A DNA stretch of 64,000 nt from Hemiscyllium ocellatum (GCF_020745735.1 NC_083444.1:7384338-7448337), one strand, 5' to 3'; counted from the stretch's first letter, positions 12,985-26,355 are shown. The notes: generated by a model from the sequence alone, not told the origin. Numbers and translations are program-made.

Positions 12985-13730
12985 CGTGCGCACAAACATG
13001 CATACTCTCTCTCTCACACACACACACATTCTGAGACACACCACACTGTCTCTCTCACTTACACGCACGTATATATTCTCCTACATGCACTCACACAGTG
13101 TTACACACAGACACATATACTCACATACTCATGCACACACACACACACACAAACACTCACACTCATACACACACACACTCCCTNNNNNNNNNNNNNNNNN
13201 NNNNNNNNNNNNNNNNNNNNNNNNNNNNNNNNNNNNNNNNNNNNNNNNNNNNNNNNNNNNNNNNNNNNNNNNNNNNNNNNNNNNNNNNNNNNNNNNNNNN
13301 NNNNNNNNNNNNNNNNNNNNNNNNNNNNNNNNNNNNNNNNNNNNNNNNNNNNNNNNNNNNNNNNNNNNNNNNNNNNNNNNNNNNNNNNNNNNNNNNNNNN
13401 NNNGCAAATACACACACTTATACACACACACTCCTTCATACACACAGTCACAATCGCAAACACTCACACTCACACACACTCACACAGACACAGTCACACT
13501 CCCACATGTACACTCACACTCCCTCACAGTTTCACACACTTACACACGCACACACACATACACACTCTCTCTCTCACACACACGCAAATACATACACTCT
13601 CTCTCACACTCATACGCACACTCACACACAGACCCCCACACATACACACACTCACTCACACACACACACTCCCACACTCACATGCTCACACACACATACT
13701 CTCTCTCGCACTCACACACACAGACACCCC
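12985..13730. repeat. Degenerate (CA)n tract spanning a 220-N gap (13184-13403)
   Basis: Visible dinucleotide tract. Confidence 0.95.
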
Positions 13731-13794
13731 CCCAGCCAGCTTTTAATTTCTGAATGCTTTTAAAAATTCATTCACAGGGTGAGGACAGCTTTTT

Positions 13795-13925
13795 ACTCCT
13801 GATGAAGGGCTTTTGCCTGAAACGTCAATTTCATTGCACTTTGGATGCTGCCTGAACTGCTGTGCTCTTCCAGCACCACTGATCCAGAATTTGGTTTCCA
13901 GCATCTGCAGTCATTGTTTTTACAT
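13795..13925 (+). mobile_element. Penelope-like tail fragment starting at the hammerhead core
   Basis: actcCTGATGAagggcttttgcctGAAACGTCaatt plus the family tail. Confidence 0.8.
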
Positions 13926-14324
13926 CATCTCTGGTTCGGCCCAGTAGTTATTGCCTATCTCTAATTGCCCATTGGCTGTGGGTCTGGGGTCACCAGTCGG
14001 CCAACCAAGGTGAGGACGGCAGATTTCCTTCTCTCCAGGGCATTAGTGACCGAGATGGGTTTTTTTGACAATCGACAATGGATTCATTGTCATCCTTAGT
14101 CTCTTAAATTCCAGATATCTTGAATGTTCCCATAAATCCACCTCCCTCAGGCAGGGGTTCCAGAGCACATCAACTTGCTTCACAAATTTCTTCACATTTA
14201 ATTGTTTTCCTTTCTCTGAAATTGGTGTATTTTCTGTTTGTAGGCAGGACCTCATTTAAGCAAATTTATTTCTGTTGCTTGCTTAAATGAGGTGCTTAAA
14301 CTAATCTGTAACCTGGCATAAGTG

Positions 14325-14633
14325 AGATTAGATTCGCTTCCCTACAGTGTGGAAACAGGCCCTTCAGCCCAACCAGTCCACACCGACCCTCTGAAGAGTA
14401 ACCCACCCAAACTCATTTCCCTCTGACTAATGCACCTAGCAATTTAGCATGGCCAATTCACCTAATCCACACATTTTTGGATTGTGGGAGGAAACCAGAG
14501 CACTCAGAGGAAACCCACACAGACACGAGGAGGATGTGCAAACTCCACTCAGACAATCACCTGAGGCTGGAATCGAACCTGGGACCCTGGTGCTGTGAGA
14601 CAGCAATGCTAACCACTGAGCCACCATGCTGCC
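14325..14633 (-). mobile_element. V-SINE (HE1-like)
   Basis: Reverse complement of the SINE head and body. Confidence 0.85.
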
Positions 14634-14859
14634 TACATGGGGAGGAATTTCTTCTCTCAGAGGGTTATTCACCTTCAACATTCTCAACGTGCCAGCACTC
14701 CATTCCCTTCAGGTTGCTAAGCTTATTAGACAAAGCAGTAATGCATGGGGATACCTGAAAGCACAGGTCTGCAGGAAAAAAACAGAGTTCATGCTTTGAG
14801 TCAAACAGACTCGATCAGATACCTGAAATTAATCTAGTCGCATTTGCCAACATTTGAGT

Positions 14860-15680
14860 AAAAAGTGAGGTCTGCAGATGCTGGAGATCAGAGCTGAAAA
14901 TGTGTTGCTGGAAAAGCGCAGCAGGTCAGGCAGCATCCAAAGAACAGGAAATTCGACGTTTTGGGCCAGAGCCCTTCATCAGGAATGAGGAGAGGGTGCC
15001 AGGCAGGCTAAGATAAAAGGTAGGGAGGAGGGACTTGGGGGAGGGGCGATGGAGATGTGATAGGTGGAAGGAGGTCAAGGTGAGGGTGATAGGCCGGAGT
15101 GGGGTGGGGGCGGAGAGGTCAGGAAGAGGATGGCAGGTTAGGAGGGCGGTGCTGAGTTCAAGGGAATCGACTGAGACAAGGTGGGGGGGAGGGGAAATGA
15201 GGAAACTGGAGAAATCTGAGTTCATCCCTTGTGGTTGGAGGGTTACTGGAGAAATCTGAGTTCCCTCCAACCACAAGGGATGAACTCAGATTTCTCCAGT
15301 TTCCTCATTTCCCCTCCCCCCCACCTTGTCTCAGTCGATTCCCTTGAACTCAGCACCGCCTTCCTAACCTGCAATCCTCTTCCTGACCTCTCCGCCCCCG
15401 CCCCACTCCGGCCGATCACCCTCACCTTGACCTCCTTCCACCTATCACATCTCCATCGCCCCTCCCCCGAGTCCCTCCTCCCTACCTTTTATCTTAGCCT
15501 GCCTGGCACCCTCTCCTCATTCCTGATGAAGGGCTCTGGCCCGAAACGTCGAATTTCCTGTTCCTTGGATGCTGCCTGACCTGTTCCCTATTCCTGAGAT
15601 GCTGCCTAACCTGCTGTGCTTTAACCAGCAACACGTTTTCAGCTCTGCTGTGCTTTAACCAGCAGCACATTTTCAGATTT
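14860..15680. mobile_element. Penelope-like 3' end fold-back (inverted duplication, ~321-bp arms)
   Basis: 14922-15242 is the near-perfect reverse complement of 15263-15583; near-identical ORF translations at 14926-15276 and 15229-15579; sequence matches 24150-24505. Confidence 0.9.
15519..15554 (+). ncRNA. Minimal hammerhead ribozyme motif with intact core
   Basis: attc-CTGATGA-a-gggc(tctg)gccc-GAAA-C-GTC-gaat: stem I attc/gaat, stem II gggc/gccc, conserved core; stem III reduced to the palindrome ACGT. Activity not tested. Confidence 0.7.
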
Positions 15681-15829
15681 TATCAACCTCTCAAGCTTCT
15701 CTGGGGACCAGTTCTGACAAAGAGTCACTGGACTTGAAATGTCAATTCTGCTTTCTACCCACACAGATGCTGCCAGACCTGCTGAGTTTCTGCAGCAATT
15801 TCTGTTTATCTGCCTTTATTTACTGAAGG

Positions 15830-16430
15830 ATAGAGTTGAAGAGTAGGGAAGTTATGGGGGAACTGTATAAAATATCAGTAGGCCACCCTGTGAAAGAGTA
15901 TTGGTGCAGTTAGTGGAATCTAAATTATAAGAGGGGGGTAAAAGAAATTGGAGAGGGTGCAGAGAGAGATTTACCAGGATGTTTCCCAGTCTGGACAGAT
16001 TTACCGGGATGTTGCCTGGGTTGGAGAGATTTACCAGGATGTTGCCTGGCCCGCAGAATTTCAGAGATGGAGAGAGATCGGACAGACTGGGATTGTTTCC
16101 CTTAGAGCACAGGAGATTGAGAGGGGACATGTGAATGAGATGGGGAAAACGATGAGGAGTGCAGACAGGAAGCAACATTTCCCCTCGACTGAGAGACCAA
16201 TGACCGGGGAGGGGGGAGGTACAAATTGTAGGGAAGGGGCAGGTGGTTTAGAGAGAATACGAGGAACACATTTTCACCCGGAAGGTGGTGGGGAGTCTGG
16301 GACTCGATGCCCCATAACTTTTCGGACGTTTTCAGACATGCAGCAAAGCAGACCATGCCAAGTACCAGGCAATTGGATTGGAATATATTCAAGGACTAGC
16401 TTTTGACCAGCATCGATCTAATGGGCCTTT
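15830..16430 (+). mobile_element. Degenerate CR1 3' fragment with a ~30-bp internal triplication (~15965-16050)
   Basis: ERVQREIYQDV-like translation; gatttaccaggatgtt occurs three times. Confidence 0.7.
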
Positions 16431-17049
16431 TTGTTTTAACTCTGCTGCAGATCTATAATTCCTGCCCCAGCAAGCAGACTCTAGCTCATTGAATACCTAC
16501 AAAGACTGGTGTGGGTATTTATTCATCAGTGAGAGAGTCAAAGAGTTTGGAGAGATGGTATCGAGTTCAGTAATAAGCCAGATCAACCAGGAACAAGGGG
16601 GCTGGCTCGAGGGGCTGAATGGCCTACTCCTAGCCCACTTTCATGAGATTGTTTGGCTTGACCTCATTGAATGCTGAATGGGCTGAATGGCTGATGTCTT
16701 GCGGTCCCGGATTACCCCTTCAGGAGGCGCTGGTGAGCTACCTTCATGAAGTCCATTGCAAATGGTGAAGGGTGAGCCTTGATTCTAATCCTTGTCTTGA
16801 TAGGAACACTAGTAGGCCATTCAGCCCCTCTAGACTGTGGTTGATCCATGGCCTAACTCTATATCCCTTGATGCTCTTGCTGAAGAAAATATGTTGCCTT
16901 TCTCAGACTTCAATTTAACCATTAAATTAGCATCATTTGTAGAAGAGAGTCCCAAATCTCTATCACCCTTTCTGTGTAGCAGGACATCCTAATGTCTCTC
17001 TGGACCGAACTTTTAGACTAGTTCCTCTTGGTTTATTTTTATCTACCTG

Positions 17050-17885
17050 GTAATGTCCTGAAGACCTCAATCGGATACCAAAGCAGACCACGCTCAAATG
17101 CAACAAGATCTGGACAATATCCAGGTTTAGGCTGACAGGTGGCATCTAACATTACGCCACACAAATGCCAGGCAATGGCCATCACCAATAAGAGGCGATC
17201 TAACCACTGCCCCTTGACGTTCAATGGTGTTGCCATCACCAAGTCCCCCACCATCAACATCCTGGGGTTTGCCATTAAGCAGAAACTTAACTGGACTTGC
17301 CACATAAACGCAACGGCTATAAGAACAGGTCAGAGGCTATGATTACTGCAGCGAGTAACTCACCTTCTGACTCCCCAAAGCCTGTCCACTAAACACACGG
17401 CTTGAGTCAGGACTATGAGGGAATACTCCCCAGTTGCCCTGGGGTGGTGGGGAAGTTCTAACAACACTCAAGAAGCTTGACACCATCCAGGGACAAAGTA
17501 GCCCTCTTGATTGACACCACCTCCACAAACATCCCCTCCCTCGCTCACCGATGCTCAGTAGCAGCAGTGTGTACCATCTACAAGATGCACTGCAGCAATT
17601 CACCAAAGAGCCTTCACAAGCACCTTCCTAACCCACAGCCACCTCCATCTAGGAGGACAAGGGAACACCATCATGTTCAAATTCCCCTCTGAGCCGCTCA
17701 CCATTCTAACTGGGAAATATATCGGTCGTTCCTTCAACGTCGCTGGGTCAGAATCCTGGAGTCCCCTCCCTAACGACACTGTGTGGGTCAACCCACAGCA
17801 GGTGGACTGTAGATGGCAGCCCCTCCTCACCTTATCAAGGAGAAACTAGGGACGGGCAATAAATGCTGGTTCCAGCCAGCAATAC
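17050..17885 (+). mobile_element. Second LINE family (CR1/L2-group), 3' fragment
   Basis: RT C-terminal-like ORFs 17139-17342 and 17477-17692; same sequence recurs in reverse at 50470-51830. Confidence 0.7.
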
Positions 17886-18689
17886 CCATCTCCTACAAAT
17901 AAATTTTTAAAAAGATCACCCCTTCACCTTCTAACTTCTGGAGAATAGAAGCCTGATTTTTACAATCTCTCCCCATAACGTAATCCCTGAAGTCCTAGTA
18001 TCATGCTTGGAAATGTGTGTTGTACTCCCTCCAGGGTCAAAACATCCCTCTAAGGTATGGTGTATAGATCTGTTCTAAATAGGGTCTAACTAGGGTTTTT
18101 TTTATAGTATAATGTCTCCATTCCTATGCTCCTGCTCCTTTAGATAAGAAGGCCAGCACTCTGTCAGTCTTCCTGAATACTTTCTGCATCTGTTTGTGGA
18201 CATTTTAAAGAACTCCACACTTGAATCCCCAAATCTCATGAAACTCACAAAGAAGGTGAACATTACACCTTTGGCAGTCTCTCTTTATATGTGCTCTGGT
18301 ACTCGACTCATCAGTGTTCCTCACCTATGTATCAGCGCAGTGCTATCACCACCCAACTCTCATCCACGTTCCTTCAGTTATGCCAAACTCCTGAAAGAGT
18401 TCATGAGTTGTAGAGACACCCACGTTAGGGAGGGAGTTCCAGGATTTTGACCCACTGAAGGAACGGCCAAGACATTTCCAACTCAAGATAGTGGGTTGCT
18501 TGGAGGGGAACTTTCAGGGGGTTGGTGTTCCCATGTATCTGCTGCCTTTGCCCTTCTAGATGGTAGAGACTGTGGGTTGGGAAGGTGCTGTTGGAGGAGC
18601 CTTGCATCTTGTAGATGGTTCACACTGCTATGACTGTACATGGGTGATGGAGGGAATGGATACTGAAGGTCTATGATTAACAGTAGGCA

Positions 18690-19560
18690 CAGCAGGCGAT
18701 GAGGAAAGCTAATGGAGTGCTCTCCTTCATGGTGAGAGGATTTGAGCATTGGAGTGGGGATGTCTTGCTGCAGTTATGCAGGGCCTTGGTACGACCACAC
18801 CTTGGGTATTGTGTGCAGTTTTGGTCTCCGAGTCTGAGGAATCCTTGCTATTGAGGGAGTCCAGGAAAGGTTCTCCAGACTGATACCTGGGATGGCAGGA
18901 CTGACATATGAGGAAAGACTGGATCGACTGGGCTTGTACACACTGGAATTTAGAAAAATGGGAGGAAGGGGGGAGCTCCTTTCGAAACATATAAAATCCT
19001 GATGGGAATGGACAGGCTAGATGTGGGAAGAACATTCCCAATGTTGAGGGAGATCCAGAACCAGGGGGTCACAGTCTAAGAATAAGGGGGTAAGCCATTT
19101 AGGATGGAGATGAGGAAGGATTTCATCACTCTGAGAGAGTTGGGAACCTGTGGATTTGTCTCCCACAGGAAGCATGGCGAAAGTGAGGACTGCAGATGCA
19201 GGAGACCAGAGTCGAGAGTGTGGCGCTGGGAAATCACAGCAGGTCAGGCCGCATCCGAGGAGCAGGAAAATTGATGTTTCGGCCCTTCGTTTCCTGATTT
19301 TCTTGCTCCTAGGATGCTGCCTGACCTGCTGTGCTTTTCCAGCACCACTCTCTCGACTCCCACAGCAAACTGTAGGGGCCCATTCATTCGATATACACGA
19401 GAGGGAGCTGGGTGTGGTGCTTGCAGCTAGAGGGATCAAGGGAGACGGGGAGAGGGCGGGAATGGGATAACGAAATCGCACGGACAGCCATGATCATATT
19501 GAATGGTGGGAACAGGCTGGAAGGGCTGAATGGCCTACTCTGTACCTATTAACCCTGTTT
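18690..19560 (+). mobile_element. CR1 3' fragment interrupted by a palindromic Penelope-derived insert (~19185-19360)
   Basis: RPHLGYCVQFW-like sequence; inverted tail pair gcagcatccgaggagcaggaaaatt / ttcttgctcctaggatgctgcc with the ribozyme core deleted. Confidence 0.75.
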
Positions 19561-19599
19561 CTATGTTCGCCTTGCAATCAATGCACAGACAATGAGGAT

Positions 19600-20120
19600 C
19601 ATAGAACATAGAACATTATAGCGGAGTACAGGCCCTTCGGCCCTCGATGTTGCACCGTCCTGTCATACTAATCTGAAGCCCATCCCACCTACACTATTCC
19701 ACATACGTCCATATGCCTGTCCAATGACGACTTAAATGTGCTTAAAGTTGGCGAATCTACTACCGTTGCAGGCAAAGCATTCCATACCCTTACTACACTC
19801 TGAGTAAAGAAACTACCTCTGACATCTGTCTTATATCTATCTCCCCTCACTTTAAAGTTGTGTCCCCTCGTGTTTGCCATCCCCATACTTGGAAAAAGGC
19901 TCTCCCTGTACATCCTATCTAACCCTCTGATTATCTTGAATGTCTCTATTAAGTCACCTCTCAACCTTCTTCTCTCTAACGAGAACAGCCTCAAGGCCCT
20001 CAGCCTTTCCTCGTGAGACATTCCTTCCATACCAGGCAACGTCCTAGTAAATCTCCTCTGCACCCTTTCCAAAGCTTCCACATCCTTCTTATAATGCGGT
20101 GACCAGAACTGTACACAATA
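19600..20120 (-). mobile_element. CR1 3' end
   Basis: ORF 19689-20183 ([26 protein letters not shown]); catagaacatagaacat tail. Confidence 0.9.
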
Positions 20121-20282
20121 ACTAGGGTTATTCACCAGTGCTCTGGGTGCGCAGTTCAAGAAAGCCGGGTAGTCTTGTGCCACTCAGGGTCATGTGGGTG
20201 ACAGACTGGTAACACGGGGAAGGGAGTGCTGGTGCGGTTGCTGGGACACAGAAATTGACCTTCTTTGTTGCATTTTCCCCAG

Positions 20283-20464
20283 GTTGCTGTGCGTTCTGGT
20301 GTATGCCTTGCTTCATGTGCAAGACTGTGGACCAGTTCGGGGAGTGCCTCTGCCTGCCATTACTGGACACTAGCTGCAATGGCTGCGGCTATGTCAGCAC
20401 AGGAGCGATTCCACCCGTCTCCCTCGCAATGCGGGTTGCGTTCCGCGAGAGACACGGAATTCCG
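20283..20464 (+). CDS. PLAC8/cornifelin-family protein, second coding exon
   Basis: AG at 20281-20282, GTGAGT donor at 20465; phase 1 to 0; encodes CCCAFWCMPCFMCKTVDQFGECLCLPLLD...SLAMRVAFRERHGIP. Confidence 0.92.
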
Positions 20465-20654
20465 GTGAGTGGGACAGTGCGCCTGTCACCGCGCTCTCCA
20501 GGCTCCACCTACTGTCCAGTCAATGTAGATCTAGATTTAATTTTTATTGTCACATGTACACACGTACGGTACACAAGACCCCACTGTACGATGGTAAGGT
20601 GTACATTTAGCCCATTCAGTTCTGTGCTAGCTCTTTCCTCTGTTACTGAAACAT

Positions 20655-21135
20655 AGAGTCATACAGCACAGAAACAGACCCTTTGTTCCAACTCATCAAT
20701 GCCGACTAGATATCCTAGATTAATCTAGTCCCATTTGCCAGCATTTGGCCCCATAGCCCTCTAAACCCTTCCTATTCATGTCCCCATCCAAATGCCTTTT
20801 AAATGCTGTAATTGTACCAGCCTCCATCACTTCCTCTGGCAGCTTGTTCCATACATGTACCACCCTCTGTGTGAAAAAGTTGCCCCTTTTAAACTTTCCC
20901 CTTCTCACCTTAAACCTATGCTCTCTAGTTCTGGACACCACAGGCCCAGAGAAAAGACCTTGTCTGTTTATCCTATCCATGACCCTCATGATTTTATAAA
21001 CCTCTGTAAGTTCACCCCTCAGCCTCCGATGCTCCAGGGGAAAAGCGTCCCAGCCTATTCAGCCTCTCATTATAACTCAAACCCTCTAGTCTCAGTAATA
21101 TCCATGTCCTTGTAGCTCTATCAGTTTGCTGAGTA
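20655..21135 (-). mobile_element. CR1 3' end
   Basis: ORF 20720-20989; catagagtcata tail. Confidence 0.85.
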
Positions 21136-21671
21136 GCACCTCCTCTCTAACCTCCTTGTTAACACCCCCTGAATCATTGCTGTTACTGAAATGTTATTGT
21201 ATTCTCTCTACAATGAAGACGGAAGCAAAATATTTGTTAATTCCTTTATTGTTCACACGAAAGCTGCATTCTCTAGAGGACCAAAACACGTTTACAGATA
21301 CGTGTCCCTTAAAAATACCTGTAGAAATTCTTGCTATCTATTTTAACATTTCTACCTCTCTCTCCTACTCTAATCTCTTCCTTCTCATTAGCCCCTTCGT
21401 CACTCTATGCTGTTCTTTATGTTGCTTTGTGCAATGGTACATTTTTTGCCCTAAATTCAAAGCCTTCCCTAACTCCCTCGGATAGCGGGAGCCCCCTTTA
21501 CAATGGCAAGAATATTGTCATTCTCAATGGCCTGTTGTAGAAACTCTTATTTTAGTCAATCAATCTTGTCCGGGGGCCTCGGGTAATTGACACGTTTCTT
21601 CACGCTATCAGGGGGTGGATGGGGGAAGAGATTATAGCTCATTTTTGCTGAGCTCTGACCTATTCAGCCGT

Positions 21672-21980
21672 GGGCGGCACGGTGGCACAGTGGTTAGCAC
21701 TGCTGCCTCACAGCGCCTGAGACCCGGGTTCAATTCCCGACTCAGGCGACTGACTGTGTGGAGTTTGCACGTTCTCCCCGTGTCTGCGTGGGTTTCCTCC
21801 GGGTGCTCCGGTTTCCTCCCACAGTCCAAAGATGTGCGGGTCAGGTGAATTGGCCATGCTAAATTGCCCGTAGTGTTAGGTAAGGGGTAAATGTATGGGT
21901 ATGGGTGGGTTGTGCTTCGGCGAGTCGGTGTGGACTTGTTGGGCCAAAGGGCCTGTTTCCGCACTGTAAGTAATCTAATC
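21672..21980 (+). mobile_element. V-SINE (HE1-like), full single-unit copy
   Basis: A/B boxes, central domain, taatctaatc tail. Confidence 0.92.
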
Positions 21981-22399
21981 ATTATAACTCAAACCCTCTA
22001 GTCTTGGAATATCCTTGCCCCTGGAGCTCTATCAGTTTGTGAATAGCAAAATCACTGACCTCTTCCCTTGATATTGTGAACAAGAGCGTCAATTACTCGA
22101 GGCCTATGGACGAGATTTATTAGCTAAAGCAAGACTTTCTACAACAGTAATGGATTGGGAGTTCGCAGCTTAGCAAAATATGCCTGGGGACAAGTGTAGT
22201 AAGGCCACACCCGGAGTACGTCAGGGAGTTTCAGTTTCCTGACTTGTAGAGAGTTGTGCTTTCATTCAGGATGTGAGCGTCGATTACTCACCCTGAAAAT
22301 AATCGGGCTATCTTTTAATCCTGGAACAGAGCCTCAGACATAGGAACCGAGACAGGCCAGTCAGCCCGTTCCACCATCCGAAGGCATCGTGGCTGGACT

Positions 22400-24505
22400 G
22401 ACATTCCGCACACCGGCAGACAAGGGAGGCGCGGTAGTAGTTTGGCACACCGACCTTTATACCGCTGAGGCCAAACGCCAGCTGGCGGACGCCTCCTCCT
22501 ATTGCCCCCTTGACCATGACCCCACCTCCCAAACCATCATCTCCCAGACCATCCATAACCTCATCACCTCAGGGGATCTCCCATCCACCGCCTCCAACCT
22601 CATAGTCCCACAACCCCGCACCGCCCGTTTCTACCTCCTGCCCAAAATCCACAAACCTGACTGCCCCGGCTGACCCATTGTCTCAGCCTGCTCCTGTCCC
22701 ACCGAACTTATCTCCGCATACCTCGACACGGTTCTGTCCCCCTTAGTCCAAGAACTCCCCACCTACGTTCGGGACACCACCCACGCCCTCCACCTCCTCC
22801 ATGATTTTCGCTTCCCCGGTCCCCAACGCCTTATCTTCACGATGGACTTCCAGTCCCTGTACACCTCCATCCCCCATCACGAAGGACTCAAAGCCCTCCG
22901 CTTCTTCCTTTCCCGCCGCACCAACCAGTACCCTTCCACTGACACCCTCCTTTGACTGACTGAACTGGTCCTCACCCTGAACAACTTCTCTTTTCAATCC
23001 TCCCACTTCCTCCAAACTAAAGGAGTTGCCATGGGCACCCGCATGGGCCCCAGCTATGCCTGTCTCTTCGTAGGATGTGTGGAACAGTCCATCTTCCGCA
23101 ACTACACTGGCACCACACCCCACCTTTTCCTCCGCTACATCGATGACTGTATCGGTGCTGCCTCGTGCTCCCACGAGGAGGTTGAACAGTTCATCAATTT
23201 TACCAACACCTTCCACCCTGACCTCAAATTCACTTGGACTGTCTCAGACTCCTCCCTCCCCTTCCTAGATCTTTCCATTTCTATCTCGGGCGACCGAATC
23301 AACACAGACATCTACTATAAACCGACTGACTCCCACAGCTACCTAGACTACACCTCCTCCCACCCTGCCCCCTGTAAAAATGCCATCCCATATTCCCAAT
23401 TCCTTCGTCTCCGCCGCATCTGCTCCCAGGAGGACCAGTTCCAATACCGTACAGCCCAGATGGCCTCCTTCTTCAAAGACCGCAGATTCCCCCCAGATGT
23501 GATTGACGATGCCCTCCACCGTATCTCCTCCACTTCCCGCTCCTCCGCCCCTGAGCCCCGCTCCTCCAATCGCCACCAGGACAGAACCCCACTGGTTCTC
23601 ACCTACCACCCCACCAACCTCCGTATACAGCGTATCATCCGCCGTCATTTCCGCCACCTCCAAACGGACTCCACCACCAAGGATATATTTCCCTCCCCTC
23701 CCCTATCAGCGTTCCACAAAGCCCACTCCCTCCGTGACTCCCTCGTCAGGTCCACACCCCCCACCAACCCAACCTCCACTCCCGGCACCTTCTCCTGCAA
23801 CTGCAAGAAATGCAAAACTTGCGCCCACACCTCCTCCCTTACTTCTCTCCAAGGCCCCAAGGGATCCTTCCATATCCGCCACAAATTCACCTGCACCTCC
23901 ACACACATCATCTATTGCATCCGCTGCACCCGATGTGGCCTCCTCTATATTGGGGAGACGGGCCGCCTACTTGCGGAACGCTTCAGGGAACACCTCTGGG
24001 ACGGCTGGACCAACCAACCCAACCACCCCGTGGCTCACCACTTTAACCCTCCCTCCCACTCCACCGAGGACATGCAGGTCCTTGGACTCCTCCATCGCCA
24101 GACCATAACAACACAACGGTTGGAGGAAGAGCGCCTCATCTTCTGCCTGGGAACCCTCCAACCACAAGGGATGAACTCCAGTTCTCCAGTCTCCTCATTT
24201 CCCCTCCCCCCACCTTGTCTCAGTCGATTCCCTCGAACTCAGCACCACCCTCCTAACCTGCAATCTTCTTCCTAACCTCTCCGCCCCCACCCCACTCCGG
24301 CCTATCACCCTCACCTTGACCTCCTTCCACCTATCACATCTCCATCGCCCCTCCCCCAAGTCCTTCCTCCCTACCTTTTATCTTACCCTGCTGGACACAA
24401 TTTCCTCATTCCTGATGAAGGGCTTATGCCAGAAACGTCGAATTTCCTCTTCTTTGGATGCTGCCTTACCTGCTGCGCTTTAACCAGCAACACATTTTCA
24501 GCTCT
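22400..24505 (+). mobile_element. Penelope-like retroelement, 5' truncated: RT + GIY-YIG endonuclease + hammerhead tail
   Basis: One reading frame from ~22400 to 24275 with PADKGGAVVVW, FYLLPKIHK, GVAMGTRMGPSYA, LRYIDD, and IIYCIRCTRCGLLYIGETGR.L.ERFREH; in-frame TGA stops at 22671 and 22953; hammerhead-like motif 24408-24443. Confidence 0.92.
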
Positions 24506-25182
24506 GATATTCCGCACGTCTGCTTTCCTGCCCTTTCCCTTGACCAAGAATCTGTCTCGGTCTCAGGGGACTCTGCACCCGCCATATCTCTCTGTCTCAA
24601 GAAGCTCAGCAGGCTCACAGCCCTCTGTGGGAAGAGATGCCTCCTCATCTCAGGGGCCCCTTTATCCTGAGACAGTGCCCTCTGGTCCTAGACTCCCCCA
24701 TGAGGGGAAACATCCTCCCAGCACTAACCCTTAAGAATCCAATATGTTTCAATGAGAACACCTCTCCAGTAAGTACAGTCCCAAACCTGCTTAGCTTCTG
24801 CTCAGAACACAATCCCTTCACCCCAGGGGATCATCCGAGTGAATGTTCTCTCTGAACCGCCTCCAGTGAAATGATATCTTTCCTTAAATAAGGAACTGCT
24901 CGCACTCCTCCAAATGTGGTCTCCCCCAGTACCTTGTACAGTTGCAGTAAGACTTCCTTATTCTTATAGTCCAACCCCCTTGAAATAAGGGCCAACATTC
25001 CACGACCCTTCTTGATTCCCTGCTGCCCGTGTGTGCTAGCTTTTTGAGCTCCCCCCCCCGCCAAGTCGCTTTGTGTCACAGTTTTCTGAATTTTCTCTCC
25101 AAAACTCTGTCCTTCTCCTTTTTAAAGTGAGCAACTTCAGATCTTCCCACATTATGCTCCATTTGCCAACTTACTTAATCAA

Positions 25183-25490
25183 GGGTGGCACGGTGGCGCA
25201 GTGGTTAGCACTGCTGCCTCACAGCGCCAGAGACCCGGGTTCAATTCCCGCCTCAGGTGACTGACTGTGTGGAGTTTGCACGTTCTCCCCATGTCTGCGT
25301 GGGTTTCCTCCGGGTGCTCCGGTTTCCTCCCACAGTCCAAAGATGTGCGGGTCAGGTGAATTGGCCATGCTAAATTGCCTGTAGTGTTAGGTAAGGGGTA
25401 AATGTAGGGGTATGGGTGGGTTGCGCTTCGGGCGGGTCGGTGTGGACTTGTTGGGCCGAAGGGCCTGTTTCCACACTGTAAATAATCTAA
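25183..25490 (+). mobile_element. V-SINE (HE1-like), full single-unit copy
   Basis: Same structure as 21672-21980. Confidence 0.92.
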
Positions 25491-25511
25491 AGAATGTTTG
25501 CCATTAATTGG

Positions 25512-26355
25512 TTAGAGCATTGAGTGTAGGAGTTGGGAGGTCATTTGCATCTGTACATGACATTGGTTAGGCGACTTTTGGAATATTGCGTTCAGTTCTG
25601 GTCTCCCTGCTACAGGAAGGATGTTGTGAAACTTGAAAGGGTTCAGAAAACATTCACAAGGACGTTGCCAGGGTTGGAGGGTTTGACCTCTAGGGAGAGG
25701 TTGGGGCTGTTTTCCCTGCAGCGTCGGAGGCTGAGGAGTGACCTTATAGAGGTTTACAAAATCATGAGGGGGATGGAGAGTGTAAATAGCCGAGCTCTTT
25801 TCCCTGGGGTGAGGGAGTCCATAACTCGAGGGGCATCGGTTTAAGGCGACAGGGGAAAGACATAAAAGGGACCTGAGGGTCAGCTTTTTCACACAGAGGA
25901 TGGTGCGTGTATGGAATGAGCTGCCAGAGGAAGTGGTGGAGGCTGGTACAATTACAGCATTTAAAGTCATAGAGATGTACAGCATGGAAACAGACCTCAA
26001 TTTGTCCGTACCGACCGAATAACCTAACATAATCTAGTCCCATTTGCCAGCACTTGGCCCATGTCCCTCTAAACCTTTCCTATTCATGTACCCATCCAGA
26101 TGCCTTTTAAATACCATAATTGTACCAGCCTCCACCACTTCCTCTGGCAGCTCATTCCATACACGCACCACCCTCTGCCTGAAAAAGTTGCCCCTTAGGT
26201 CTCTTTTATACCTTAAAAGGCATCTGTGATGGGTAAATGAATAGGAAGGGCTGAGAGAGATATGGGCCAATTGCGACTCGCTTCGGTTCAGCTATCTGGT
26301 CGGCATGGATGAGTTGGATAGAAGGTTCTGTTTCTGTGCTGTATGGCTCAATGAC
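25512..26355. mobile_element. CR1 3' end (+) with an opposite-strand CR1 3' end inserted (~25966-26213)
   Basis: + copy breaks at acagcattt and resumes at taaaaggcatctg; the insert ends in a gtcatagag tail. Confidence 0.8.

Noticed and set aside
21672-21745. tRNA-like sequence with A and B boxes as a tRNA gene
   Set aside because: It is the head of a multi-copy SINE followed by the SINE body; no complete cloverleaf
21068-22046. ~70-bp direct repeat (21068-21137 and 21981-22046) as a TSD or segmental duplication
   Set aside because: Both copies are diverged pieces of CR1-derived sequence; too long and mismatched for a TSD
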